DNA of 64,000 nt from Octopus bimaculoides (GCF_001194135.2 NC_068986.1:8153583-8217582), one strand, 5' to 3'. Counted from the first letter of the stretch, positions 1 to 13,565 are shown. Notes: generated from the sequence alone by a model not told the origin. Program-made: numbers and translations.

Positions 1-492
1 TATATATGGTTAACAGATAACAAATTTGTCATGTGATTAACGAAATCTCTTTGAAATTGAATAATTTAAATACAATTTGATTTCAGAAACGTAAATATTT
101 CAAGCTAAACAATCTTTGCTTGTTGTTCTCGTTGATGTGATTGCTTGTCCCCACCTCAACGGTCTCTATTTCAGCAGATCTTTTATAGAAGGAGTCCAGG
201 TCCAGCGATTATGTGGAGGCGCCACGGCTGTAATTTACATAGATTGATTCAATATCATTATCATGAAATTAGGATATTTCATTTATGAAAAGCTGTGATA
301 TTAGAAGTATGAAAATGATACACCATTACGAATACGGTTTGCCGTTCAAAAGTTGAGGTTTTTATTAACCAACATTATTACAAATGGCTTCAATCCTCTA
401 ATAACAAACGATATACAGAAGGCTGCATCCACATATAGAACACTGCCTTTTCAATTAGAGTTTTTATATACACACTCTCATGCGCATATAGA

Positions 493-524
<32 letters not shown>

Positions 525-600
525 CAAACATATATACTATAAATACAAACACCACATGCACACACCAAGACATTTATACACACACATACACACACGCACG

Positions 601-637
<37 letters not shown>

Positions 638-2104
638 AATTCATGCTATATTTCCTCACCATATTCTATTCATTTGTACTATTAGCTGTTAACATCTTGA
701 AGAAATTTAGGTCATAAACTAAGATACCTTTCCTTGTAANNNNNNNNNNNNNNNNNNNNNNNNNNNNNNNNNNNNNNNNNNNNNNNNNNNNNNNNNNNNN
801 NNNNNNNNNNNNNNNNNNNNNNNNNNNNNNNNNNNNNNNNNNNNNNNNNNNNNNNNNNNNNNNNNNNNNNNNNNNNNNNNNNNNNNNNNNNNNNNNTATA
901 TATATATATATATGTTATAAATTGTTTTATATTACATTTTATATATTATTGTTATCTTTTAAAGCGCTTGCACATAACTGGGTTTATACTAGATATCTGC
1001 ATTCATACATCTTCACGTTTCTGTATTAAGAATATTTCTTCATTTTTAGTTTTCTTATTTTCGTATACATTTTCCGAATTTATTTTTCTTATTTCTATAT
1101 CTTAAGGCCATATTAGTAATGTCCCTCTCTATGACATCTTCAAACGATAATTCATTCTTTCCCATCTTTCGCACCAGTAATTTATACAAGCGGACATATC
1201 TCTCAACTTCATTTAATTTAGATATTCCTTTTACTTTATCTCGACTCTATTTTTGTATTTTAATTTTGTGACGTATATTTGTATATAATTACTCATTCTT
1301 ATTCCACCTCACCACCACCTATAACATGATAAATTTAATTTTGCTCCTTCAGTTTTTTTGTCAATGATTATTATAATCTATTCTACAGTAGTCTACAATA
1401 TGTTTAATCAATATAACAATAACACTATGGCATTCAAAATGATTATATTTGTTTCTCATCGAATAAACAAATAATATTACTATGTCATTAATTTCACATC
1501 CACCAAATACTTTTACCTATATATTAATCTATGCATTTTACTTGCTCTTTTTTTTTTTACCTTACTCAAACATTCAAGTCACGCCATTGCTCATACGTTC
1601 ATAAATACAAAAATGCTTTGACGTAAATTACTTTTATCAATTTTAAAAAAAAGCTTCCTTAAATTTCAGTAAATAGCTGACTAATATATTTTTTGAATAT
1701 ATATATAAATTTTGTTTTTAACTGTTCTATTTTCTAATTCTACACTCGTTCATCTATTTTAAGCGTGTAGTTAACTTCTATGCTGTTCGCTTTCATCTCA
1801 AGATACAATTAAATGGTTCTTCGAGTTTCTACTTTAACCTCACACTCTTTTAGAGTTTACCAACATTACTTTATTTATTTTCTTTCACTACTGCATTCCA
1901 TATTTTCGTTCTTCTCCACATATATTCACATTTCAATCGATTTTTTTCCCTACAAGTGCTGGAGAACTTACCACTGATAAAAATTGTTAAGAAATATATA
2001 AATAAACAAACATCAAAAACTTTCAAAATGTTCAAATTTTTTAATTACTTTGTTAACTTTTTCAATAATAAACGCGTACATCCTAACACATACACATATG
2101 TAAG

Positions 2105-2155
<51 letters not shown>

Positions 2156-2391
2156 ATGTAAATATGCATATATGTATATATGCATCTATATATATGCATA
2201 TATGCTTATATATATATGTATATATGCTTATATGTATGCATATATGCATATATATAGGTATATACGCATCTATATATGTATATATGCATATATATGTATA
2301 TAGTTATAATATGTATATATATATATGTATATATGCATATAATTATATATGTATATATGCACATAATTGGTATATATGATTATATAGGTGT

Positions 2392-2477
<86 letters not shown>

Positions 2478-3136
2478 ATCTATATATCTGCATAACATAT
2501 ATACATATGTGTGTGTATATATATATTTATATTTATATGCATATGCATATATGTATATCTATATTATAATGGAGAAAGCTACTTATTAATTAGGTAAGTA
2601 ACAATTACTAAAATTACTAAAAGAAAGCAATTATTAAAGGGTTGACTGTCTTGAAATATTTTTATAAATTTATGTTCTAAGAAATTTCCTATAATTTCGA
2701 TTTCTCAAGTTTCGCATATTTAAATATTCATTGTATTCACTGCGTCCAATTCACAAATTTAAATATTCATCTCATTCACTGCGGAGTATTCCACTCTCAT
2801 TTGCAAAGTCTCTCACTTTCTCTTTCAAGTTTTCATTCGCTATTTGGAAAACCGACAATTTATTCTATTAATGTATACGTAATTTATTATTTATTGAATG
2901 AAAATTTTAAAAATACCCGTGTAATTTTTTAATGCAGGATACCTGTGAGAAAAGCCTAGAAAGTTGTGTAATTACTATTAAAAATCAAGGAGAAAAAGGT
3001 TACCGACAAGTACTGGAAACATGCACCTTCTTTACTGTTTCCAGACACTTTGTACCACTAAGCCAATGTATACACAAACAAGTTACACGAGCGACTTCAG
3101 CAGTCACACACATTACACACAAATGAAAGGCAATGA

Positions 3137-3187
<51 letters not shown>

Positions 3188-3214
3188 GATGACTGACAAA
3201 ACGTCGTGCTGCAT

Positions 3215-4122
3215 TACTTTTGCGAAGTTTTGTCAGTGAACAGGTCGCAGTTTCAAAGCCAAGTTCTGAAAAGCTCAGGGAGGACGTTTTGCAGACCCTG
3301 TTCGAACAAAAGCTCATCGTAACTGTTGAGAAACTAGCAGAGGAACCTGGATTTGGTCATTCAACCATTCATCGACACCTAAGTGCCATCGGAACAGTCA
3401 GCATTTGGGTCAATGGGTTCCTCATAAACTTTCCGAGTATAATCGCACGCAGAGAATGAATGTATGCTCTTCTTTGCTGTCACGTCTCACGAATGAACAT
3501 TTTTTGGACCGGTGACAAGAAATGTGTTCTCTATAAAAATGTCAAGCACCAAAGTCAGTGTGTAGGAAAGGAGAGACACTGGCACACCTGGCTGAAGGTC
3601 TTCACCCACGTAAGGTGTTGTTATCTGTTTGGTGGAATATGAAATGTTTAGTCTAGCTCAAACTAAACGATAACAAAGGAGATCTATTGCGAGCAACTTG
3701 AGCGGCTTAAGTCAGCACTAAAGAAAAACGACCATCTTTGGTTTCAAGACGAAAGGTGTTCTTACATCAGGATAATGCTCGGTCACATTAATGGCTGAAG
3801 TAGTTTGAATGAGAAAGGATGCCCCACCCACTATATTCGCCGGACATTGCCCTATCTGATTGTCATTTATTCCACAGTCTTCAAAATCATTTGGACAGAA
3901 AAAATTAATTCTGTAAACGAAGTCAGAACAGTACTGCAGGAGTCATTTTTCGTCACGGACAAGTGAATTTTGGAAGAGTGGCTTTGTAAGTCTACCAGAT
4001 AGATGGAAGAGCATTGTCGAAAATGAAGGAGAGTATATTTTGGATTAAAAAGGAATTTGTTTATCCTAAGTTTGAAAAATAAAAGAAGTATAAAAACCGT
4101 ATTATTTATAGGATGACCCAAT
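3215..4122 (+). mobile_element. Decayed, 5'-truncated mariner transposon (frameshifted transposase plus right TIR)
   Basis: Hand translation across frameshifts gives mariner motifs in order: WVPHKL (3414-3431), TGDKKCVLY (3508-3534), LHPRKVLLSVWW, HQDNARSH (3765-3788), HPLYSPDIALSDCHLF (3825-3872) and a C-terminal LPDRWKSIV..EGEYILD*. It ends in TIR-like aaccgtattatttataggatgacccaat (~4095-4122). No left TIR found; a (GT)n tract lies upstream. Confidence 0.9.
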
Positions 4123-4225
4123 GGACATGTAGAGAGAGAGGGGGAAAAACAAACATCCTCGTTCTTAATGGTGGAGGTATTAAGGAAAATATTGCGGAGA
4201 AATAACGAGAAGAAACAATTATTAC

Positions 4226-4265
<40 letters not shown>

Positions 4266-4269
4266 ATTA

Positions 4270-4333
<64 letters not shown>

Positions 4334-4345
4334 CATCATCATTAT
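4226..4345. repeat. Compound (TTG)n/(TTA)n/(TCA)n microsatellite
   Basis: Visible triplet arrays; source of the poly-L/I/T ORFs. Confidence 0.95.
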
Positions 4346-4722
4346 TAACAAGAAGAAGAAGGAGAAAAAGAATGACAACACCAATCAGTATGATTTATGT
4401 CTGCACATACATGCATGCATAAACCTGCAAACGAGTATAAATGTTGACATACTATGAAAGACCCGGATTTTGTATTTGCTTTACAGGATTGTTGATGTTA
4501 ATCCAGCACTATACTCTAATTGTTATGGTTGCTTTTCCGTGAGATTCGGCAGTTTTCCTAACGAGAGAAGGGAGGAGACAACACTAAGACACTTAATAAA
4601 AAGTAAACTATCACTGTTGTTGCGCATGAAAATCTGTTGGTTAACATTAACAAAAAACATATATGTATATATGTCTGTGCGTGCGTGTATGCGTGTGCGT
4701 CTGTGTATAGACACATACATAC

Positions 4723-4786
<64 letters not shown>

Positions 4787-5990
4787 ATATGTATGTATAA
4801 GGATTGGTTATTATTCACAGCATTTAAAGTATTGTTAATCCTATCGTTTTACGCAGTCATAGAAGCTATGCTGTATAGGGGATAATGATTTTCTAGCTGT
4901 TGATCTCATGAGTGAGTTCTTGTATAATGCACCAGTTATTATATTGTATTGGTTATCGATCAAATATAACGATTATTGAAAAAAAATCAGTTTCAACAAA
5001 CCACATATTGGCTCATTTCACAAGAATATCATAAAATGTGGTGAAAAAATATGAAGTCATCATTGAAAGAGGTCTGAATTGTTTTGTGATTTATATTATA
5101 GTGAACTGTCTATTACTGCTGGGCAAAGAAAAAGAAAATATTCAGGGAATATATAGTGCTGTATTTCTCTGATAATGAGCAACTATACGTAAAGTTTCTA
5201 ATCTTATTGGCTGAAACTCTCAGAGAATATCAATGTGAGAGAGGAATGAAGTCTGAAAGAGTTGCTCTTTATGCAATTCATTAATTTGTATATTTCAGTA
5301 ATAGGTATGTTCTCAGATTAAATCATTGAGGTTTTTTTTTTTTTTTTTTTTGACAGGATGAAAAAATATAAATACAATCATTGAAACCACTTGGTCAGAC
5401 ACCAAATATATGTATTCATTCGTAATATTTCTTCTGTATGGATATCTCGAACAGTAAAATAGTATTTAAATGTGGATTCCAACCCTAAGCATTACCTGNN
5501 NNNNNNNNNNNNNNNNNNNNNNNNNNNNNNNNNNNNNNNNNNNNNNNNNNNNNNNNNNNNNNNNNNNNNNNNNNNNNNNNNNNNNNNNNNNNNNNNNNNN
5601 NNNNNNNNNNNNNNNNNNNNNNNNNNNNNNNNNNNNNNNNNNNNNNNNNNNNNNNNNNNNNNNNNNNNNNNNNNNNNNNNNNNNNNNNNNNNNNNNNNNN
5701 NNNNNNNNNNNNNNNNNNNNNNNNNNNNNNNNNNNNNNNNNNNNNNNNNNNNNNNNNNNNNNNNNNNNNNNNNNNNNNNNNNNNNNNNNNNNNNNNNNNN
5801 NNNNNNNNNNNNNNNNNNNNNNNNNNNNNNNNNNNNNNNNNNNNNNNNNNNNNNNNNNNNNNNNNNNNNNNNNNNNNNNNNNNNNNNNNNNNNNNNNNNN
5901 NNNNNNNNNNNNNNNNNNNNNNNNNNNNNNNNNNNNNNNNNNNNNNNNNNNNNNNNNNNNNNNNNNNNNNNNNNNNNNNNNNNNNNNNNN

Positions 5991-6330
5991 CCCTCCGAAA
6001 GGATGAAAGGCAAAGTCGACCTCGGCGGAATTTGAACTTAGAACGTAAAGACAGACGAAATACCGCTAAGCATTTCGCCCGGCGTGCTAACGTTTCTTAT
6101 TTCTGTATTGCCCACAAGGGGCTAAACATAGAGGGGACGAACAAGGACAGACAAAGGGATTAAGTAGATTACATCGACCCCAGTGCGTAACTGGTACTTA
6201 ATTTATCGACCCCGAAAGGATGAAAGGCAAAGTCGACCTCCGCGGAATTTGAACTCAGAACGTAACGGCAAACGAAATACCGCTAAGCATTTCGCCCGGC
6301 GCGCTAACGTTTCTGCCAGCTCACCGCCTT
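5991..6330 (-). mobile_element. Dimeric tRNA-derived SINE with Nin-like central domain (3' part lost in gap)
   Basis: Reverse complement reads GGCGGTGAGCTGGCAGAAACGTTAGC...GAGTTCAAATTCCGC (box-B-like), then GTCGACTTTGCCTTTCATCCTTTCGGGGTCGATAAATTAAGTACCAG, a tail, and a second monomer. The same family recurs at 28.8, 30.2, 31.2, 47.7 and 54.7-55.1 kb. The Nin assignment is from memory of the consensus. Confidence 0.85.
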
Positions 6331-7682
6331 TTATTGTGTCATGAACTAACTTCGGCATGATTTGAAACCACTTCGCACTGAGATGGATATTTTTCACTGG
6401 CTGTAATCTTTGTTGATCCATTGAGGTTCTAATGCTCAATGAGAACCCTGGTATAATAAAGACTTTCGAACATTTGTTTAACGATTTACTAGCACAAGAT
6501 TCTATACGTCCATTAAGAGACAAAAGTTGTGTAAATGCGATTTATACAGCGAATCTTTATATGTGAATCCATGCATTTCTGTGGCTTGACAAAATTTCAG
6601 AAAAGCAAGATAGACAGCGAAATATCTCAAGAACCAACATTCATAATATTGTGCCAAATGATTAATAGTTATTACTGACAGCAGCTGTCCTAACGAAGGA
6701 AAACAATAGAAAACTGTAACTAGCGTCAAACTGGTGACATTTAGTTAGCCAATAGGAATTAAGTCTCTTCACAGTATAAGTTGTTGTTAATTCACCAAAT
6801 TTGACATCTGTATAAATAGACTACAGTTGTAAATATAAAATATATATGTATCAGAAATGTAATACGAAACCAACCACGGTAATGTAATCTTTAGATTTAT
6901 ATCTTCTTCATTTACAGAACTTAATTTGTTCCATGATGTCAGTATGTTAGGTTTAATGTCTAATAAATATTTGTCTACGCTTTCTTAGGTAGTCAACTAT
7001 GCTTTTGTAACAACAGATTCTTTTTTTATGATAATTCTCATGTTAGAAGCTATTGCATTTCTCTTCGTAACCCCAATACTGACAGGTTTCATTCGAATAT
7101 ATATAACGTAGCATCAAATGAATCGCTGTAAATCTTTGATATCGCCTAATATAAATAGTTTTACTGAACCAGAGACCGTTAAGCCTTCATACTTTTATTT
7201 AAATCAATTATAAATATTTTAACAAAGCAGTCAATGTAAGTATTAAAAAATGGCTGGACGCATAAATCTGGTATAATTTACAAAATATTGCCCTAGTATT
7301 ACAGCTTAATTACTAAATATAACTCAAACTTGAAATGGTAATTGCCAAACATCAATATATTTTTGATGATACACGATTGTGATTTTGACTTTAAACGTAC
7401 GGAATTAAAATTAGGCTGTTTACTTTTCCAAACGCCAAATCGTATTTTGGAATGAAGTGACTCGCCAATATGCGGAGTATATCGTCTAGAAATGAGCAAA
7501 GAATCATAAATCACTAAGCTAAGGTTTCAAAATAAATTTTGACATTTTCGGAATTGATTCCAGGAAATAATTTATTTATAAGCTGTCGCTTATGTGTCCA
7601 CCGAAACTAAATGCAAAATAGAAATATATCAAGAGATTACATCGTTTCTTTATGAAATATACTTTCAATGAAGATTATAATT

Positions 7683-8000
7683 TATTCATCATCATCATCA
7701 TCAACATCACTTCCATCATCGTCGTCGTCGCTGCCACCGCCATCACACTCATTACCGTAGACTTCCTCCTCTTCACCATCTTCATCACCATAACTGCCAT
7801 CGATGCCTCCACCACCTTCATTGTAGTCGGAGTCTTCTTTCTCCTCGTCTTCGTTCTCCACATCATCATCATTATTATCATCATTGTCACCATCATCATC
7901 ATTACCGTTGCTGTCGTCATTACTACCGCCGCCTTCGTCGTCACCAAAGTTTTCCTTCCCCACCCCCATTTCATCATCCTCATCACCACCATCGTTGATA
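7683..8000. repeat. Cryptic triplet low-complexity tract (CAT/CAC/CGT/CTT mosaic)
   Basis: Imperfect triplet periodicity over about 320 bp; explains the overlapping I/T-rich, M-rich and D/G-rich ORFs. Confidence 0.8.
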
Positions 8001-8701
8001 TTCTCCTCATCTCACAAAGCTCAGACAATAAAGCCTGTGGTTGTATTTATCCATGTAAAATTATCAAGCAACAGTTACTTTCCATTAATCCTATATTTAC
8101 ATAAATACATTTGTGCTTTAGGAAAACAGATAGAAATCTATTTAATGTTGGCAGAAGTATTCCTCATCAACTCCACTGTTCTAATATTTGTAACAGGATC
8201 CGCTGGAATGAACCAATTGCAACCATTTCTATTTGCAACGAATGCTTTCATTACATAAAATGAACCGGAAGCCAAATCGCATGATACGCGAAAAGACAGC
8301 ATTATTTCTTGAAATAGGATTACAACAGATTCAATAAACCGTTATATGAAAATGCATGCCCAGATACACACACACACATGTGTGTGTGTGCATGGAAATA
8401 TATGCATGTATGCGTATACACACACTCATGCATTCACACATACGTATCTTGCATTCATACAATCACCCATAAATGTATTGACTGGCATTCATATATATTT
8501 AGAGTATATATTAACTATACTTATAATACATTTCATGGACTTAATCTATACAAGGTGCACCCTGATTCTTGCAAACTGTATGGGCTTGTTAACCACTGTA
8601 CACACATACACGTACAGGCATGTGTGTCTGTATGAGTGTGTGTATCTATATATCTATGTATATATAAATATACACAAACACATGCACACACACACGTGTG
8701 A

Positions 8702-8749
<48 letters not shown>

Positions 8750-9558
8750 CCATTGGGTCGTTATAGTAGATAAAATTCGGTTTAATAAATTCATAGCTGA
8801 CCAGGTAGAGTAACTTCCCTTGATTGCGATTGTCTCCAAGTGTGTTGCCTTTCCCAGCAACACAGTAACACGATAACTGATACTGCTAATTCCAATAAAT
8901 CCGTAATCGTCGCAAAACCTTAACAAATATCTCTACTGACATAACTTTAGCTGCATCCATATGTATTTATTCATATCATCACAGCGATCGCAGGAATGTA
9001 ACCTCTCAGTCCATCGGTGTGTTTGTGTGTGTGTGTCTGTCTGTGTGTGTCTGTCTGAATGGCTATGAATATTGAATCACTGATTCTCATTCGTTTCATA
9101 TAGTTGTTCATCTCTGTATACATATACATATACATATACATATATATCTATACTATATATAAAACAGAGATGTGTGTGTAATCGCTTATCACGTGAAAAC
9201 GACTTCAACATTTACTTCCATACTTGTGATACATGAATAATTTGACATCGGATAAATCTTAGGCTCTTCATTTGATTTTTTTTTATCTCTAATTAAAAAT
9301 AAATAATATTGCTTTATATTTAAGATTCACTTCTTTAAAAAAGTTTCTCAATGTCAACTTCCAGTACGGACGTGAAAACACGGCGACGTCTCTCACTCTC
9401 TACTTTTCATGTTCGCTTTCTGTAAACTACGATCAATTACTGAAACACATATTTACGAAGTTCATAAATTTCAATATTCCGTACAAGATAGTTTTTAACG
9501 TGCTTTTATTTATACGATTTTGGGGCGTTCCATGTTCATCTCATTCATTCTTTGCAAT

Positions 9559-9593
<35 letters not shown>

Positions 9594-10111
9594 NNNNNNN
9601 NNNNNNNNNNNNNNNNNNNNNNNNNNNNNNNNNNNNNNNNNNNNNNNNNNNNNNNNNNNNNNNNNNNNNNNNNNNNNNNNNNNNNNNNNNNNNNNNNNNN
9701 NNNNNNNNNNNNNNNNNNNNNNNNNNNNNNNNNNNNNNNNNNNNNNNNNNNNNNNNNNNNNNNNNNNNNNNNNNNNNNNNNNNNNNNNNNNNNNNNNNNN
9801 NNNNNNNNNNNNNNNNNNNNNNNNNNNNNNNNNNNNNNNNNNNNNNNNNNNNNNNNNNNNNNNNNNNNNNNNNNNNNNNNNNNNNNNNNNNNNNNNNNNN
9901 NNNNNNNNNNNNNNNNNNNNNNNNNNNNNNNNNNNNNNNNNNNNNNNNNNNNNNNNNNNNNNNNNNNNNNNNNNNNNNNAGAGAGAGAGACAGACAGAGA
10001 GATGTTTCAGTGACTCTCTCTCTCTCACACACACACACTCACACATACGTAGAAGAAATGTATGACTATTTATGTATGTACGTATAATTGTCGACACACC
10101 CCTTCACTGGC

Positions 10112-10156
<45 letters not shown>

Positions 10157-10558
10157 CTGTCTCTGTCTCTCTCTCTCTGTCTCTGTCTGTCTGTGTCTCT
10201 CTCTCTCACACACACAGCACACGCGGGCACGCGCGCATACACACGTGTGTCTTTGTAAATATGTTTGTATACATTTATGTATGTGTGTGTTTGTAAGAGA
10301 CAGAGTGTGAGTGAGTCAAGGCGTATGTTGTCATATGCATCCATCATTTTTGGATGTATGTGTGCGTGTGTGTGTGTGTGAGACAGAGTGAGAGAGCGGT
10401 GTGTATGTAGTATTTTCTCTCTCTCTCTCTCTCTCTCATACACACGCACACACACACACACACAAAGATGTACGCTTATTTATACATGTACGTATACATG
10501 ACAACAAACCTTTCTCTCTCTCACTCTCACTCTCTCTCTCTCTCTGTCTGTCTGTCTG

Positions 10559-10600
<42 letters not shown>

Positions 10601-10827
10601 ACATTTCATCTGATGTGTGATACTCTGTGTGTGCGCATTTAATACCCATTTAAATTTTTGTAAAAGCTTCCAAGTACCAATGAGGCTTTTTGGCGCATCT
10701 TCAATTTTCCAATTCATGAGAGGTGCCCAGTCATCATTCACCTGAGAGTCCATCTACAGAATGTCCTCAGATTTCTATACAGCATATTTTGCTTTTTTCC
10801 TTCCCGTATATAAGCAACAATTTCATT

Positions 10828-10853
10828 CCCGGGCAACGCCGGGTTCCTCTGCT
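10828..10853 (+). mobile_element. Possible Helitron 3' terminus (GC hairpin followed by ...GCT, then gap)
   Basis: cccgg-gcaacg-ccggg hairpin (10828-10843), then ttcctctgct and N. Helitrons end with a short GC hairpin about 10 nt before CTRR; the final bases are hidden by the gap. Confidence 0.4.
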
Positions 10854-11536
10854 NNNNNNNNNNNNNNNNNNNNNNNNNNNNNNNNNNNNNNNNNNNNNNN
10901 NNNNNNNNNNNNNNNNNNNNNNNNNNNNNNNNNNNNNNNNNNNNNNNNNNNNNNNNNNNNNNNNNNNNNNNNNNNNNNNNNNNNNNNNNNNNNNNNNNNN
11001 NNNNNNNNNNNNNNNNNNNNNNNNNNNNNNNNNNNNNNNNNNNNNNNNNNNNNNNNNNNNNNNNNNNNNNNNNNNNNNNNNNNNNNNNNNNNNNNNNNNN
11101 NNNNNNNNNNNNNNNNNNNNNNNNNNNNNNNNNNNNNNNNNNNNNNNNNNNNNNNNNNNNNNNNNNNNNNNNNNNNNNNNNNNNNNNNNNNNNNNNNNNN
11201 NNNNNNNNNNNNNNNNNNNNNNNNNNNNNNNNNNNNNNNNNNNNNNNNNNNNNNNNNNNNNNNNNNNNNNNNNNNNNNNNNNNNNNNNNNNNNNNNNNNN
11301 NNNNNNNNNNNNNNNNNNNNNNNNNNNNNNNNNNNNNNNNNNNNNNNNNNNNNNNNNNNNNNNNNNNNNNNNNNNNNNNNNNNNNNCATGTAATAACTTT
11401 GAGCTTGAATATACACCTTGTAGTTTTCTGTTTAGTGTCCCTTCACAGTATTCGACTACTTAATGTCTTAAACAATATGTAGAGTTTATGAAAGTATGAG
11501 AGAAAGAAATTGGAATTCATCAGACTTTTTATTATT

Positions 11537-11630
11537 GCCTACGGACATTTCGACCCATCGTGCCGCGGAGTGAGATGCTGTACAAGCAGTTGTGGTGCAT
11601 CGTAAGTGCAGATAGGTCTTATCAGGTGGC
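11537..11630 (-). ncRNA. Degenerate type I hammerhead-ribozyme-like motif A
   Basis: Minus strand: gccac-CTGATAA-GACC-[long loop]-GGTC-GAAA-tgtcc-GTA-ggc. Stem II is perfect; the core has CUGAUAA instead of CUGAUGA. Inverted homologue of 12862-12972. Confidence 0.5.
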
Positions 11631-11851
11631 TTCTGAAAACGAACCGCACATTTTAATCTCTATTTCGCTTATCTCTATTAGAATACATTTTGCTAGTTGT
11701 TGTGCGCTTCTCGCATACAGGAGAAACTAGGTTAATGAAGAAACTCACCGATGCTTATCTTTACATTTTCAGTATAAATCCGTGGATACTTACACATAGT
11801 TGATCACACACCACAGATTCATTTGCCCAGAAAACAGATTCACGCAGACAT

Positions 11852-11896
<45 letters not shown>

Positions 11897-11901
<5 letters not shown>

Positions 11902-12430
11902 TTTTCTGATTGCAACCCTCCCGTGAAATCCGACTTTGTGCAGCTCCTAGCGAACAGTTTTTGTGGAAACTGGTTTCTCGAGGTGGTCATTAAGCTCTGC
12001 AGTAATTTTGGGAGCTATACTTTTGTGATACTTTCTAACAATTCGCGTAAAAGTCCGACGGTCCCTATCTGAAAGCTTTGGTTTTCTTCCGGAGTTTTGT
12101 TTCGACGAGAAGGTTTTCCCCTCTTTCTCAAAAGCTGTCGTTACTTTGGAGACAGTTCTTCGCAATACACCAAACATTTCGGCTGCATTCTAGCGCCTGC
12201 CATACGAGCACCAACAATTTGATCTCTTTGAAAGTCCGATAGATCTGTCATTTTAATGAATATTAATTACCTTTGTCGGATGATATATGAACAGAAACAG
12301 CAATTTTAGCAAAACACATTTAGCAACACTAATAATAAATCAAAGAACATAAAAATAAACAAACTTTTGACGGTTTTACAGATATTTCAAAATTATGATG
12401 CTATGATGCTAGGTGTTTTCATTATTTTGC
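11897..12430 (-). mobile_element. Tc1-like transposon 5' fragment (TIR remnant plus N-terminal HTH of transposase)
   Basis: ATG at 12251 (minus): MTDLSDFQRDQIVGARMAGA..EMFGVLRRTVSKVTTAFEKEGKT..KQNSGRKPKLSDRDRR..IVRK..APKITAELNDHLEKPVSTKTVR*ELHKVGFHGRVAIRKP, a paired-like HTH. TIR-like aggtgttttcattattttg at 12411-12429. Cut off at an (AT)n tract; no DDE domain. Confidence 0.9.
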
Positions 12431-12861
12431 GCGTGTGCGTGTTTGTATACCTATACATAATCTACACGGGAAATATGGATGAATATGCATATTTGTGTAT
12501 GTGTATGTATGTACATATATGCGTAAATGTGTGTGATAAATTGTTTTGTGAATATATCAAAGTCAGAATACGTCAATATGAACGTGCAATTGTTTCTGTT
12601 CCATCCCGATTGCATGGCAGTTTCATGGGTTTTTAACGCTCTTTTATTGTCAATGCATAAATATGATTTAATTCATTTACTCATTTTCCTCTATTTTCAT
12701 CTTTTTATGTTTCCGCTTCATTGTAAGGCACGTTATTACTTATATGCGAAGCTTTCTACATTATAACCCAGGTCCACGTGTAGATGTGACGTACACTACG
12801 AATACAAAAATATAGTCTAAAGCAAATATGCTAAAAAGAAATTAAAACAGGTACCTTTTGA

Positions 12862-12972
12862 CAAATCACCTGACGAGGCACATCCGCACCCACGATGCAC
12901 CGCGACTGTTTGTACAGCATCTCACCAGTGAGGCAACGGTTCACGGTGGCTCGAAAAGATCGTAGTGAATAA
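12862..12972 (+). ncRNA. Degenerate type I hammerhead-ribozyme-like motif B
   Basis: tcac (12866-69), CTGACGA (12870-76), stem II with long loop, GAAA (12953-56), agatc, GTA (12962-64), gtga (12965-68). Stem I is 4 bp. Stem III is one mismatch from palindromic ACGATCGT. Stem II is imperfect. Confidence 0.55.
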
Positions 12973-13531
12973 GAAAGTGTTGTGGATTGCATTTTCTTTC
13001 TCTCATATTTTTATAGTTTCATATGTGTCTGTACGTATACATGTATGCACGAATTTATGTGTATATTCGATGTGTATTACATATATTACATATATTTATA
13101 TAGGTATAAAATTATACATTTATGTATATACCAATGTGTGTGTGTGAGAGAGAGAGAGTTAGTGTGTAGTATATTTATCTGAATGTACGTGTCTCTGCAC
13201 TTCGTGCATGTATGTGCATGTGTCTGTTCGTGGTGTATATGTGTGTGTGTGAACGTGCATGCTATTCATAGTTAATCTAATCTCTACAACCAAATCCTGT
13301 TCACTTTCTCGACTTGCACGTACCATTTTCCTTGAAGGCATTTATTTTATCAAGAAGGTAAATCTTGGTTCTTTGGTTAATATGGCGAAAGAATGGAATA
13401 TTAGGAGGGGCAACTTCCAATAAAGCAAAAACCCAAAAAAGAATCTTTATTTCCTTTACACAGCTGCAAAATATAATAGTGGTAAACTATGTTGTTATGG
13501 AGTGTCATAATTAAGGTATATTATCTATATA

Positions 13532-13565
<34 letters not shown>

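Noticed and set aside
175-235. Possible terminal exon after tctctatttcag or ttttatag (KESRSSDYVEAPRL* or RSFIEGVQVQRLCGG..)
   Set aside because: Short, no recognisable homology, two equally weak readings.
7682-7969. Acidic D/E/G-rich 95-aa ORF
   Set aside because: Cryptic triplet repeat open in several frames on both strands; no splice or homology support.
8760-8926. Natural-looking minus ORF segment (FCDDYGFIGISS..TTQWL)
   Set aside because: No recognisable family and weak splice signals.
11537-12972. Inverted repeats read as the TIRs of the enclosed Tc1
   Set aside because: The Tc1 has its own TIR remnant at 12411-12429, and the arms lack Tc1-type ends.
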